Origin: Vicinamibacterales bacterium
GTDB lineage: Bacteria; Acidobacteriota; Vicinamibacteria; Vicinamibacterales; UBA2999
Direction: 5' to 3'
DNA length: 64,000 nt
Assembly (NCBI GenBank): GCA_050187355.1
Contig: JBFWXO010000006.1
Location: 43,658-107,657, forward strand
Shown here: in pieces, positions 40,882 through 50,774 of the stretch
Layout of the letters: the number at the start of each line of letters is the position of its first letter
Numbering within the stretch: the stretch's first letter is position 1
Translations under genes and position numbers: made by a program
Notes under the pieces: model-generated
What the model saw: the letters and a program-made list of their open reading frames with translations, nothing else
Databases searched by the model: none
Told to the model about the DNA's origin: nothing

Positions 40882-42006
40882 CTACGAGGCGGCCGGCACT
40901 GCGCCGCGCTCGCCCGCGTCGGCGTTCTGCGGCAGGAACGGAATTCGGGTCACGTCCGGGAACGCCTGCTCGAACGCCGCGACGACGTTCGGGTCGAACT
41001 GGCTGCCCGCGTGGCGCTTCAGCTCCTCGAGGGCCAGGAGCGCGTGCTTGCGGACGCCGTAGGCCCGCGTGGTGGTCATGGCGTCGAAGGCGTCGGCCAC
41101 GCAGACGATGCGCGCGGGCATCGGGATCGCCTCGCCGCGCAGCCCGTCGGGAAACCCGAGCCCGTCCATGCGCTCGTGGTGGAAACGGACGATCTCGAGC
41201 ACCACCGGCCAGTCGCGGCGGAGGGGCTCGAGCATCTCCTCGCCCTCGATCACGTGCTGGCGGACGTGCTCGAATTCCTCCGTGGTCAGCGGCCCGGGCT
41301 TGTTCAGCAGCGCGTCCCGCGTCCCGATCTTCCCGATGTCGTGCAGCTCGCCGCCCAGGCGGATCTGGTCGAGCGCCCCGCCCGTGAAGCCGAGCACCAC
41401 GCTCATCCGGACGGCGTACTGGCTGACGCGGCGCGAGTGGCCGCGCGTGTAGTAGTCCTTCTTCTCCAGCATCCGCACGGCCATCTGGATCTGGCCGAGG
41501 AACTGCTCCTTGTTCTTGTGATCGAGCTCCCGCACCATCGCTTCCAGGCGGCCCTGGTAGGACTCCTGGAGGTAGCGGTTCTCGAGGACCAGCCGGCGCT
41601 TCTCGAGCGCCTTGGCCACGCGGGCGCGGAACTCGCCTACGACGACGGGCTTGGACACGTAGTCGACGGCGCCCGCCTGCAGGGCCTCGACGGCCGTCCC
41701 CACTTCGGCGACGCCCGTGAGCATGATGACGGCGGTGTCCGGAAAGCGCCGCAGCACCTCGCGCAATAGCGCCAAGCCGTCCATCACGGGCATCCGCAGG
41801 TCGCTGATGACGAGCGGGAACTCGCCGAACTCCTCGATGGCGAGAAGCGCCTCCCGGCCGTCGGACGCCTCGATCGCCGAGATCCCCAGAGGGGCGATGG
41901 CGCGGCACAGCGTCCGGCGCAGGGCCCGGTCGTCGTCCACGACGAGCGCGCGGACCGCTCCGACAGGGGCAGCCGTGTCGGGCTCTTGCTCGAACATTTT
42001 CTGCAT
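40882..42006 (-). CDS. Response regulator with HD-GYP phosphodiesterase domain
   Basis: LVVDDD...VISDLRMP REC; GHSRRV, LHDIGKIG, HHERMDGLGFPDGLRGEAIP, VADAFDAM. Alternative start at 41997. Confidence 0.92.
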   Translation of the reverse strand: MQKMFEQEPDTAAPVGAVRALVVDDDRALRRTLCRAIAPLGISAIEASDGREALLAIEEFGEFPLVISDLRMPVMDGLALLREVLRRFPDTAVIMLTGVAEVGTAVEALQAGAVDYVSKPVVVGEFRARVAKALEKRRLVLENRYLQESYQGRLEAMVRELDHKNKEQFLGQIQMAVRMLEKKDYYTRGHSRRVSQYAVRMSVVLGFTGGALDQIRLGGELHDIGKIGTRDALLNKPGPLTTEEFEHVRQHVIEGEEMLEPLRRDWPVVLEIVRFHHERMDGLGFPDGLRGEAIPMPARIVCVADAFDAMTTTRAYGVRKHALLALEELKRHAGSQFDPNVVAAFEQAFPDVTRIPFLPQNADAGERGAVPAAS

Positions 42007-42111
42007 CCTACCAGCCTTCTGGCGGCTGGGCACCCGCGCCGTCGCAGGCGGCTGCACACCGACGAGGGCCAGGGCGGCTTCGGGATATCCTAGCCGCCGG
42101 TTTCCGCCCGC

Positions 42112-45100
42112 GTGCCAGCACCGTCTCCCCACGTGCAGACCGCCTGGGTTCTCAGCGACGCCGACGACAGCGCCCCAACCGCGCGAGCCGCTCTCGAGGC
42201 CCTCGGGTTCGCGGTCAGTCTGCGTGCCTGGACCCGCACGTCGGGGCAGCCGCCGGATCTGCTCGTCCTGTGCCTGGGGGACGGCCACGCGATCGAGTCC
42301 GTGCGCCAGGCCCTCGACCTGACCGGGGCCGGGTGTGCCGTCGTGTGCATCGGGGCGCCACCAGCGATCGGACGCATCCAGGACAGCGGCCTCGTCGAGG
42401 GGCTCGCCTGCCTCGCGCGGCCCGTGCAGGCCGAGGACGTGGTCAGCGCGGTCCAGGTGGCCCTCCACGCCCGGCGCCTGCGCCGGCGGTCGACGCGCGC
42501 CGCCGCCGGGACGGCAGGCACGGCCGAGGCGGCCGCCGACGGGCTGGACACGATCCGCGGGCAGCTCCGCGAACGCGAAAGCGTCCTGGCCGGCATCAAC
42601 GCCAACCTCGTCGGCACGGTGGTCTACCGGCTCGTGTTCAGGCCCGACGGGCGGATGCACTGCCCGTACATCAGCGACAACGTCTCCGACTTGGTGGGCA
42701 TCCCCGCCCGGGCGTTCATCGACCGCGCGGAGCTGGTCTTCGACATCGTCGTCCCCGACGATCTGCCCAGGGTGCGCGACGCCGTCGCGGCGTCGCTGCT
42801 CACCGACGCCCCGACGTCCATCGATGCCCGCGTCAGGACGGCGGCCGGCGAGCTGCGCTGGCTGCAGTTCCGCTCGCGGCGGACCGAGATCCTGCCCGAC
42901 GGCAGCCAGGTCCGCGACGGCGTGGCGACCGACCTCACGGCGATTCGGCTCGCCGAGGCGGCGCTGCGCGAGAGCGAGCAGCGGCTCGAGGTCACGCTGG
43001 CCTCCATCGGCGACGGCGTGCTGACCACCGATGTCGACGGGCATGTGACGAGGCTCAACCCGGTGGCCGAGACGCTCACGGGGTGGACCCAGGCCGAGGC
43101 CCTCGGCCGGCCGGTGTCGGACGTGTGCCCCATCGTGGACGAGCGGACGCGCGCACCCGCGGTGATGCCCGTGGACGAGGTGCTCGCCACCGGCCGCCTG
43201 CACGCGCGGGGGAGGCACGCGGCCCTCGCCGCCAGGGGCGGGAGGGTCGTGCCGATCGCCGACAGCGCCGCGCCGATCCGCGACGGCGACGGCAGGGTCA
43301 TCGGCGTCGTGCTCGTGTTCCGCGACGAGACCGAGGTGCGCGAGCAGCGCCGGCTCGTGGATCGCCAGCGCCGGATGCTCGACGGCCTGCGGCGCGTGCA
43401 CGAGCGGTTCATCGCCGACCCGGACGGCCACGACGCCTTCGACGACCTGCTCGAGGTGCTCGTGGACAGCACCGGCAGCGCCTGTGGGTGCATCGACGAA
43501 GTGACGCGCGAAGACGTGGGCGCACTCGCCATGAAGACGCTGGCGATGAGCGCCGGACCGGCGGCGGCGCTGGCGGGCGACGACGACGACGCCCGCCGCC
43601 AGGTGGAGCGGATGCGCGACCTGCTGCGCGACGCGAGCGCGGCCGCCTCGCCGATCGTGAAGGGCGACCGCACCGCCGGCGCGCCGCCCGCCGCCCGCGG
43701 CTTCCGGACGTTCCTGGCCCTGCCGGTGGCCGTCGGCGGCGAGGTGGTCGGCGTGGTCGGCGTGGCCGACCGCGACGGCGGCTACGACCCGACGCTCGTG
43801 GCCGAGCTCCAGCCGCTCGTGGCGACGGCGCGGAGCCTCATCCTGGCGCGCCGGGCCGAGGGCCGTCGCCGGGATGCCGAGGCCGAACTGCGGGCGCTCA
43901 ACGCCACGCTGGAGGAGCGCGTCGAACAGCGCGGCCGGGCCCTCATCGCCGAGCGCAAGCACGCCGACCAGGAGCTGCGGCGGTCGCACGCGCTCCTGAC
44001 GGCGACACTCGAGGCCGCCACCGACGGCATCGTCGTGACGAGCCGCGAGGGCCGCGTGACCGGCTTCAACGAGCGGTTCCTCGCCCTGTGGCCGCTCGAT
44101 CGCGCTGACGTCGAGCGTGTCGACGTCGACCAGCTCTTCGACGCCGCGGCCCGGTCGGTCGAGGACGCCGGGACGTTCCTCGCCGAGGTGCGGACCGCGG
44201 GGGCGGAAGCCAGCGCCCAGGCGATGGGCGAGGTGACGCTGAAGGACAGCCGCGTCCTCGAGTGGTACTCGCAGCCGCAGCGCGTCGGCGACGCGGTGGT
44301 GGGCCGGGTGTGGAGCGTCCGCGACGTGACGGAGCGGCGCCGCCTCGAGCGCCAGGTGGTCCGGGCGCAGCGGATGGACGCCATCGGCACGCTCGCGGGC
44401 GGCATCGCCCACGACCTGAACAACGCGCTGGCGCCGATCACGATGGCCATCCAGATGCTGACGCTGTCGAATCCCGGGCAGGTCGACGTGCTCGACACGC
44501 TCGCCTCGAGCGCGGCGCGGGCGGTCGGGATGGTCCGCCAGCTGCTGACCTTCGCCAAGGGCTCCGAGGGGGGGCGCACCCCCACCGACACCTGCCAGCT
44601 CGTACGCGAGATGGAGAAGATCGTCGCCTCCACCTTCCCGAAGAACATCCGCCTCACGACGCGTCTCCCGGCGGCGCCGACCTTCGTGCTGGGCGACCGC
44701 ACCCAGCTGGATCAGGTCCTGCTGAACCTGTGCGTCAACGCACGTGATGCGATGCCGAGCGGCGGCACCCTGACGATCGAGGCGGGGGTGGAGACGGCGC
44801 CGCCCTTGGATGGGCACGAGCAGCCGCACGGGGCGCTGGCGCCCGGCGCGCCCGCGGTGGTCCTGCGCGTGAGCGACTCCGGCACGGGCATCCCGCCGGC
44901 CGACCTCGACCGGATCTTCGACCCGTTCTACACGACCAGGCCGCACGAAGGGACGGGCCTCGGCCTCTCCACCGTGCTGGGCATCGTCAAGGGCCACGGC
45001 GGCCTCGTCCGGGTCCGCTCGGCACCCGGCGCCGGGGCGACGTTCACGGTGTACCTGCCCCCGCACACCCCGGATGCGCAGGAGGCGCCGGCGGCGGCCG

Positions 45101-45501
45101 CGCCGGCCGCCCAGGGGGCCGGTGAGCTCGTGCTGTACGTCGACGACGAGGCCGGCGTCCGGCGGCTCGCCAGGAAGGTGCTGGAGCGCCTGGGCTTCCG
45201 GACCGTCGCGGTCGCCGACGGGAACGACGCGCTCCGCACGCTCATGGGCCAGCGGGAGGCAATCCAGCTCATCATCACGGACCTCCACATGCCGCGGCTC
45301 GGCGGGCTCGCCTTTGCGCGGGCAGCCCGGAGGATCGCGCCGGAGATCCCGGTGGTCCTCGCCAGCGGCCGGGTGGAGGACCGCGTCCTGGCGGACTTCC
45401 GCGACATCGGCGTCACGCTCGTCCTGGAGAAGCCTTTCAGCCAGCAGCAGATGGCGGATATCCTGCGGGTCGCACTGAAGGGACGGGAACCATGGCCGTA
45501 A
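42112..45501 (+). CDS. Hybrid multi-PAS/GAF histidine kinase with C-terminal receiver
   Basis: IAHDLNN, LNLCVNARDAM, VSDSGTGI, FDPFYTT, GTGLGL; REC YVDDE...ITDLHMP; degenerate N-terminal REC-like region. Confidence 0.92.
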   Translation: MPAPSPHVQTAWVLSDADDSAPTARAALEALGFAVSLRAWTRTSGQPPDLLVLCLGDGHAIESVRQALDLTGAGCAVVCIGAPPAIGRIQDSGLVEGLACLARPVQAEDVVSAVQVALHARRLRRRSTRAAAGTAGTAEAAADGLDTIRGQLRERESVLAGINANLVGTVVYRLVFRPDGRMHCPYISDNVSDLVGIPARAFIDRAELVFDIVVPDDLPRVRDAVAASLLTDAPTSIDARVRTAAGELRWLQFRSRRTEILPDGSQVRDGVATDLTAIRLAEAALRESEQRLEVTLASIGDGVLTTDVDGHVTRLNPVAETLTGWTQAEALGRPVSDVCPIVDERTRAPAVMPVDEVLATGRLHARGRHAALAARGGRVVPIADSAAPIRDGDGRVIGVVLVFRDETEVREQRRLVDRQRRMLDGLRRVHERFIADPDGHDAFDDLLEVLVDSTGSACGCIDEVTREDVGALAMKTLAMSAGPAAALAGDDDDARRQVERMRDLLRDASAAASPIVKGDRTAGAPPAARGFRTFLALPVAVGGEVVGVVGVADRDGGYDPTLVAELQPLVATARSLILARRAEGRRRDAEAELRALNATLEERVEQRGRALIAERKHADQELRRSHALLTATLEAATDGIVVTSREGRVTGFNERFLALWPLDRADVERVDVDQLFDAAARSVEDAGTFLAEVRTAGAEASAQAMGEVTLKDSRVLEWYSQPQRVGDAVVGRVWSVRDVTERRRLERQVVRAQRMDAIGTLAGGIAHDLNNALAPITMAIQMLTLSNPGQVDVLDTLASSAARAVGMVRQLLTFAKGSEGGRTPTDTCQLVREMEKIVASTFPKNIRLTTRLPAAPTFVLGDRTQLDQVLLNLCVNARDAMPSGGTLTIEAGVETAPPLDGHEQPHGALAPGAPAVVLRVSDSGTGIPPADLDRIFDPFYTTRPHEGTGLGLSTVLGIVKGHGGLVRVRSAPGAGATFTVYLPPHTPDAQEAPAAAAPAAQGAGELVLYVDDEAGVRRLARKVLERLGFRTVAVADGNDALRTLMGQREAIQLIITDLHMPRLGGLAFARAARRIAPEIPVVLASGRVEDRVLADFRDIGVTLVLEKPFSQQQMADILRVALKGREPWP

Positions 45502-46250
45502 CGAACGACTCGGCGCCCGGGCCTCCGCCTTCCGACGGCGACCCGTTCGCGCGGCTCCTGCGGTCGGCGCGCCTCGAACTGACGGGTCGGCTCGTGGACA
45601 CGGCCGTCCATGAGCTCAACAACCTGCTGGGCGTCATCCTGGCCAACGTCTCGATGGCCCGTGAGTCCGTGCCCGTCGGGACGCCGGCGGAGGAGGACCT
45701 CGGCGAGGCCTCGCGCGCGGTGGGCGACGCCACGAACCTGGTCCGGCACCTGCGCCAGATCTCGCTCTTGCCGCCGCGCGAGGCCGGCCCCGTGGATCTG
45801 GGGGCCGTGGCGGCCGACACCGTGGCCGCCGTCAGGCGGCTGGTGGGCCGGGTGGTGAGCGTCGAAGCGGACGCGCCGGCGGGCGTGACGATGGTGTCCG
45901 CGCCCCGGGCCGTCGTCCAGCAGATCGTCGCGGCCCTGGTCGTGGACGCGCGTGACGCGATGCCGGAGGGCGGCACGATTCACGTCAGGACGGGGGCCGC
46001 CGCCCCGGACGACGGCACCGTCACGGGCTTCGCGGCGCTCGAAGTGATCGAGGCCGCTCACGGTGCGATCGACCGGACCATGGATCCGCAGGCGGTGCTC
46101 CGCGTCCCCCGCGCGGGCCTCGACGCGCTGCGCCCGATCGTGGCCGCGGTCGGCGGCGAGGTGGGGCACGAGGACGGCGGCGCCGGCGTCCGGACGGTCG
46201 TGCGGCTGCCCGTGGCGGGAGGGAGCGCTGAAGTAGAATTTCCGGAATGA
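45492..46250 (+). CDS. Degenerate histidine-kinase-like protein (His retained, ATP-binding boxes lost)
   Basis: AVHELNNLLGVI H-box intact; N-box reads QQIVAALVVDARDAM; no DxGxG or GxGL boxes. Confidence 0.7.
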   Translation: MAVTNDSAPGPPPSDGDPFARLLRSARLELTGRLVDTAVHELNNLLGVILANVSMARESVPVGTPAEEDLGEASRAVGDATNLVRHLRQISLLPPREAGPVDLGAVAADTVAAVRRLVGRVVSVEADAPAGVTMVSAPRAVVQQIVAALVVDARDAMPEGGTIHVRTGAAAPDDGTVTGFAALEVIEAAHGAIDRTMDPQAVLRVPRAGLDALRPIVAAVGGEVGHEDGGAGVRTVVRLPVAGGSAEVEFPE

Positions 46251-48472
46251 GCGCGCGATCGCGGTCCGATCACGCGACGCCGGCTCGAGGCGGCCGCTGG
46301 CGGTGGTCCGGAGTCGCCGCGGCCGCGGCCCTCGCGGCCGTGGCGGGGACGGCCGCGTGGTGGTGGTGGACGCGCGATGGCGCCGCCGACGGTCCGATCG
46401 TCCTCATCTCGATCGACACGCTGCGCGCGGATCACCTGCCCCTCTACGGATACGCGAAGGTCCGCACGCCCGCCCTCGACGCCCTGGCGCGCGACGGGGT
46501 CCTCTTCGAGCGCGCCTACTCGCATTCCCCGCAGACGCTGCCCGCACACACGTCGATCCTGTCGGGCCGGCTGCCCTTCGAGCACGGCGTGCGCGACAAC
46601 ATCGGCTTCGCGGTCAAGCCCGGCGAACGTCTCCTCCCGGGACTGCTGCACGAGCGCGGGTATGCGACGGCGGGCGTGGTCTCGGCGTACGTGCTTCGCA
46701 AGGACGTCGGCCTGGACCAGGGCTTCGACCTGTACGACAGCGCGCTGGCCATCCAGTCGCCGGAGCTGTCGGTGGGCCAGGTGCAGCGCGACGGCGCCGA
46801 GTCGCTGACGATCGCCGAGCAGTGGATCGGGCAGCGTCAGGATCCCCGCTGGTTCCTGTTCCTCCACCTCTACGAGCCCCACAAGCCGTACGCCCCACCG
46901 GCCCGCTTCGCCGAGTTCGCGCCGTACGACGGCGAGATCGCCTATGCCGACGAGCTCGTCGGCCGCCTCGTCGCCGACCTGAGGGCGCGGGGCCTGTACG
47001 ACCGCGCCACCATCGTGCTGCTCGCCGATCACGGCGAAGGCCTGGGGGACCACGGCGAGCTCGAACACGGCGTCTTCCTCTACAACGAGACGACCCACGT
47101 GCCGCTCATCGTGAAGCGGCCCGGCCAGCGGGGCGCCGGCCGCCGCGTGGCGGCGCCGGTCCAGCACATCGACGTGGTGCCGACGATCCTCGACGGCCTC
47201 GGCGTGCCGGTGCCGGCCGATCTCCAGGGCCGATCGCTCGTGCCGCTCATGGACGGCACCGGGCCCATTCGCGACACCGGCATCTACGCGGAGGCCCTGT
47301 ATCCGCGCTACCACTTCGGCTGGAGCGAGCTGACGAGCATCACGGCCAACGACTACCGCTACATCCGGGCGCCGCGGGAGGAGCTGTATCAGCTGGCGGC
47401 CGATCCCGGCGAGCGTACCAACCTGGCGGCGGCCGAGCCGCAGGTGGCCGCGGGCTTCCGCGCGGGGCTGGAACGGCTGATCGCCGGCCGGGCCATCGAC
47501 ATGCCCTCGGCGGTCTCGGACGAGGATCGGCGGCGCCTGGCGGCCCTCGGGTACGTCAGCGTCACGGCGGCCGTGCCCGCCGACGGCCAGCAGCTCGCCG
47601 ATCCCAAGGACAAGATCGCCACGCTGCGCCTGTACCGCGAGACCGTGGACCTCATGGGGGAGCGGCGCTTCGGCGAGGCCATCGCCGGCTTCCGCACGAT
47701 CCTGGCCGACAACCCGGCGATGAAGGACGTGTGGCACCAGCTCGCCAACGCGTCCATCCGCGCGGGCGACCTCGCCGCGGCCATCGACGCCTACGAGCGG
47801 CTGGTGGCCCTGGACGCCACCGACGCCCGCGCCCTGTCGGGCCTGGCCGCGGTGTACCTGCGGCAGCGGGACCTGGACAAGGCCCAGGCGCACGCCGAGC
47901 TGGCGGCCAGGTTCGCCACCGAGGACCGGCGGCTCAAGGGCGGCGCCTACGAGCTGCTGGCGAAAGTGGCGCTGGCCCGCCGCGCGCCCGCGGACGCCCG
48001 CCGCTACGCCGAGCTCGCCGAGGAAGCGGATCCGACGCTGCCGATGGCCAGCTACGTCCAGGGGCTGCTCGATCATGCCGGCGGCCGCTACGACGCGGCC
48101 CTCGCGCGGTTCCAGGAGACGCTGCGGCGTCTCGACGAGACGTCCGTCACGCTGACCGAGGTCCACTACTACACGGCCGATACGCTCGCGCGCCTCGGAC
48201 GGAACGCCGAGGCGGAAGCCCAGTTCCGCGAAGAGGTCACGCTCTTCCCCGCCAACCTCCAGGCCTGGGCGGGGCTGGCCATGCTCTACCGGTCGCAGGG
48301 CCGCGACGACGGCGTGGAGCGGACGATCGGGTCGATGGTCCGGAGCGTGCCGACGGCCGAGGGCTACGGCCTCGGCGCCCGCTTGTGGACCATGTTCGGC
48401 GAGCCGGCGCGCGCCGCGAACCTGCGGCACGAGGCAGAGGCGCGTGCGACCGCCGGAAGGCCGCCCCGATGA
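46247..48472 (+). CDS. Membrane-anchored sulfatase-fold (alkaline phosphatase superfamily) protein with TPRs
   Basis: TM helix; ISIDTLRADHL, TLPAHTSILSG, HLYEPHKPY, ADHGEGLGDHGE..HG; C-terminal TPR-like repeats. Confidence 0.88.
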   Translation: MSARSRSDHATPARGGRWRWSGVAAAAALAAVAGTAAWWWWTRDGAADGPIVLISIDTLRADHLPLYGYAKVRTPALDALARDGVLFERAYSHSPQTLPAHTSILSGRLPFEHGVRDNIGFAVKPGERLLPGLLHERGYATAGVVSAYVLRKDVGLDQGFDLYDSALAIQSPELSVGQVQRDGAESLTIAEQWIGQRQDPRWFLFLHLYEPHKPYAPPARFAEFAPYDGEIAYADELVGRLVADLRARGLYDRATIVLLADHGEGLGDHGELEHGVFLYNETTHVPLIVKRPGQRGAGRRVAAPVQHIDVVPTILDGLGVPVPADLQGRSLVPLMDGTGPIRDTGIYAEALYPRYHFGWSELTSITANDYRYIRAPREELYQLAADPGERTNLAAAEPQVAAGFRAGLERLIAGRAIDMPSAVSDEDRRRLAALGYVSVTAAVPADGQQLADPKDKIATLRLYRETVDLMGERRFGEAIAGFRTILADNPAMKDVWHQLANASIRAGDLAAAIDAYERLVALDATDARALSGLAAVYLRQRDLDKAQAHAELAARFATEDRRLKGGAYELLAKVALARRAPADARRYAELAEEADPTLPMASYVQGLLDHAGGRYDAALARFQETLRRLDETSVTLTEVHYYTADTLARLGRNAEAEAQFREEVTLFPANLQAWAGLAMLYRSQGRDDGVERTIGSMVRSVPTAEGYGLGARLWTMFGEPARAANLRHEAEARATAGRPPR

Positions 48473-50685
48473 GCAGGCGGAAGAGGCGCGAGCCCGCGCC
48501 GCCGGCGGCGCCACCGCCGTCGGCCTCCACCGGGCCGCAGACGCCGGACCGGCCCGCGCGGCGATCCGCGACGACGATCGTGGTCCTGGCCGCGGCCGCG
48601 GCGGCGCTCGCGGGCGGGGTGGCCTGGTATCGGGCCGGCGGATCCCGGGCGGCGATCGTCGAACGCGTGTCCGATCAGAACGTGCTGCTCGTTACGATCG
48701 ACACCCTGCGCGCCGACGCGATCGGCGCCGGGACCGGGCCCGGGCGGGCGCCGACGCCCACCATCGACGGCCTGGCCCGGCGGGGCGCGCGCTTCGACTT
48801 CGCGCACGCGCAGGCGGTCGTGACCCTGCCGTCCCACACGAGCATCCTCACGGGCCGCTTCCCGTTCGACCACGGCGTCCGCGACAACAACGGCTTTCGG
48901 CTCGGCGCCTCGATGCCCACGCTGGCGACCCGGCTGAAGGCCCAGGGCTTCGCCACGGCGGCGTTCGTCGGGGCCTACGTGCTCGACTCGCGGTTCGGGC
49001 TCGACGCGGGATTCGACCGCTACGACGACCGCCTGCAGACCTCCGACGCGCCCACCGACATCTCCATCCCCGAACGCCGCGCCGAGGCGGTCGTGGCCCT
49101 CGCCCGCGAGTGGCTGGCCGCGCACCGCGGCGGCCGGTGGTTCCTCTGGGTCCACGTCTTCGACCCGCACGCGCCCTACGATCCGCCCGCGCCGTTCAAC
49201 GAGACCTATCGGGACCGGCCCTACGCGGGGGAGGTGGCCTATACGGACGGCGCGCTGGCGCCCCTGCTGGCCGACGTGGACGCCATCGCCGACCGCCCGA
49301 CCCTGGTCGTGCTCACGGGCGACCACGGCGAGGCGCTCGGCGATCACGGCGAGATGACGCACGGGCTCTTCGCCTACGAGCCGACGCTGCACGTGCCGCT
49401 GGTCATGGCGCAGGTCGGATCCGGACGCCGCGCCGAGCCCGCGGCGGTCTCCGCGGCGCCCGTGCGCCACGTGGACATCGTGCCGACGGTGCTCGACGCG
49501 CTGGGGATGCCGGCGGCCGAGGGCCTGCCGGGATGGTCGCTGCTGCAGACGCTGGACGGCCATCCCGCCGCGGACACCACGTCGTACTTCGAGGCGCTGA
49601 CGACGTCGCTCAACCGCGGCTGGGCGCCGCTCAGGGGCGTGGTCGTGGGGCGCGACAAGTTCATCGATCTGCCGGTGCCGGAGGTGTACGACCTGGCACG
49701 CGACGCGGCCGAAGCGCACAACCTGTTCGATGCGGACCCGGTGCGGCGCCGTCCGCTGCAGGCGACGCTCTCGTCGCTCAACGCGGCCCTGCCCGGCGAG
49801 CGGCAGGCCGAATCGCCCGAGGTCCTGCGGCGGCTGCGCGCGCTCGGCTACGTGGCCGGCAACGACACCGCGCCCCGCCGCACCGAGTACGGCGTGGAGG
49901 ACGATCCGAAGCGGCTCGTCGAGATCGAGCTGCAGATCCACCGCGGCGTGGAGCTCATCGAGCGGGGCCGGCTGGACGAGGCAAGTCGCGTCTACGGCGA
50001 GATCATCGCGGCGCGGCCCGATATCGCCGTCGCCTACCGCCATCTGGGCTACATCCACTGGCGGAGCGGCGACGCCGCCGGCGCCATCGCCGTGCTCAAG
50101 GGCGCGATCGCGCGCGGCCTGACGTCGCCCGACCTGCGGGCGCAGCTCGGCACCTACCTGTCCGAGACCGGCGCGGCGCCCGAGGCGGTCGCCCTGCTCG
50201 AGGACCAGCGGACCGCCGACCCGCCCGATGAAGAGGCGCTGCGCGCGCTGGGCATGGCGTACGCCCGCTCCGGCAGGCCCGGCGACGCGCTGCAGGTCTT
50301 CGACCGCGTGCTCGCCGCCGCGCCCGACGACGCCATGGCGCTGCAGAACGCCGGGGCGGCGCTGCTCACGGCCGGCGACGCGGCGCGGGCGCGCGAGCGC
50401 TTCCAGAAGGCCATCGCCGTGGACGCGGCCCTCGCCCCCGCCTACACGGGGCTCGGCGTGGCCGAGGCCAGCCGCGGCGACATTCCCGCCGCCATCGCCG
50501 CCTGGCGGCGTGCCGTCGAGCTGGACCCGCGCGAGTTCGACGCCATGCACAATCTGGCGCTGGCGCTGCTGCGGACCGATCCCACCGAGGCGCGGCCCGT
50601 CATCGAGCGCTTCGTCCGCGAGGCCCCCCGCGCGCTCTACGGGCCGGACATCGCCGAGCTCGAGCGGCTGCTGTCGCGGCGGTGA
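48469..50685 (+). CDS. Second membrane-anchored sulfatase-fold protein with TPRs
   Basis: VTIDTLRADAI, TLPSHTSILTG, HVFDPHAPY, GDHGEALGDHGEMTHG; TPR-like repeats; ATG overlaps the upstream TGA. Confidence 0.88.
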   Translation: MSRRKRREPAPPAAPPPSASTGPQTPDRPARRSATTIVVLAAAAAALAGGVAWYRAGGSRAAIVERVSDQNVLLVTIDTLRADAIGAGTGPGRAPTPTIDGLARRGARFDFAHAQAVVTLPSHTSILTGRFPFDHGVRDNNGFRLGASMPTLATRLKAQGFATAAFVGAYVLDSRFGLDAGFDRYDDRLQTSDAPTDISIPERRAEAVVALAREWLAAHRGGRWFLWVHVFDPHAPYDPPAPFNETYRDRPYAGEVAYTDGALAPLLADVDAIADRPTLVVLTGDHGEALGDHGEMTHGLFAYEPTLHVPLVMAQVGSGRRAEPAAVSAAPVRHVDIVPTVLDALGMPAAEGLPGWSLLQTLDGHPAADTTSYFEALTTSLNRGWAPLRGVVVGRDKFIDLPVPEVYDLARDAAEAHNLFDADPVRRRPLQATLSSLNAALPGERQAESPEVLRRLRALGYVAGNDTAPRRTEYGVEDDPKRLVEIELQIHRGVELIERGRLDEASRVYGEIIAARPDIAVAYRHLGYIHWRSGDAAGAIAVLKGAIARGLTSPDLRAQLGTYLSETGAAPEAVALLEDQRTADPPDEEALRALGMAYARSGRPGDALQVFDRVLAAAPDDAMALQNAGAALLTAGDAARARERFQKAIAVDAALAPAYTGLGVAEASRGDIPAAIAAWRRAVELDPREFDAMHNLALALLRTDPTEARPVIERFVREAPRALYGPDIAELERLLSRR

Positions 50686-50774
50686 CTCCGCCGCCGGGCG
50701 CGAGTACACTCGGGGGCGCATCGCGCCCATTCGTCACCCCCGGCCCGGCCGGGGGAACTGCGAGCCCGATTCCG

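Noticed and set aside
46303-50685. Single 1460-aa fused double sulfatase
   Set aside because: The first enzyme is in the 46247 frame with its own stop; the first ~720 codons of this ORF are low-complexity shadow sequence.
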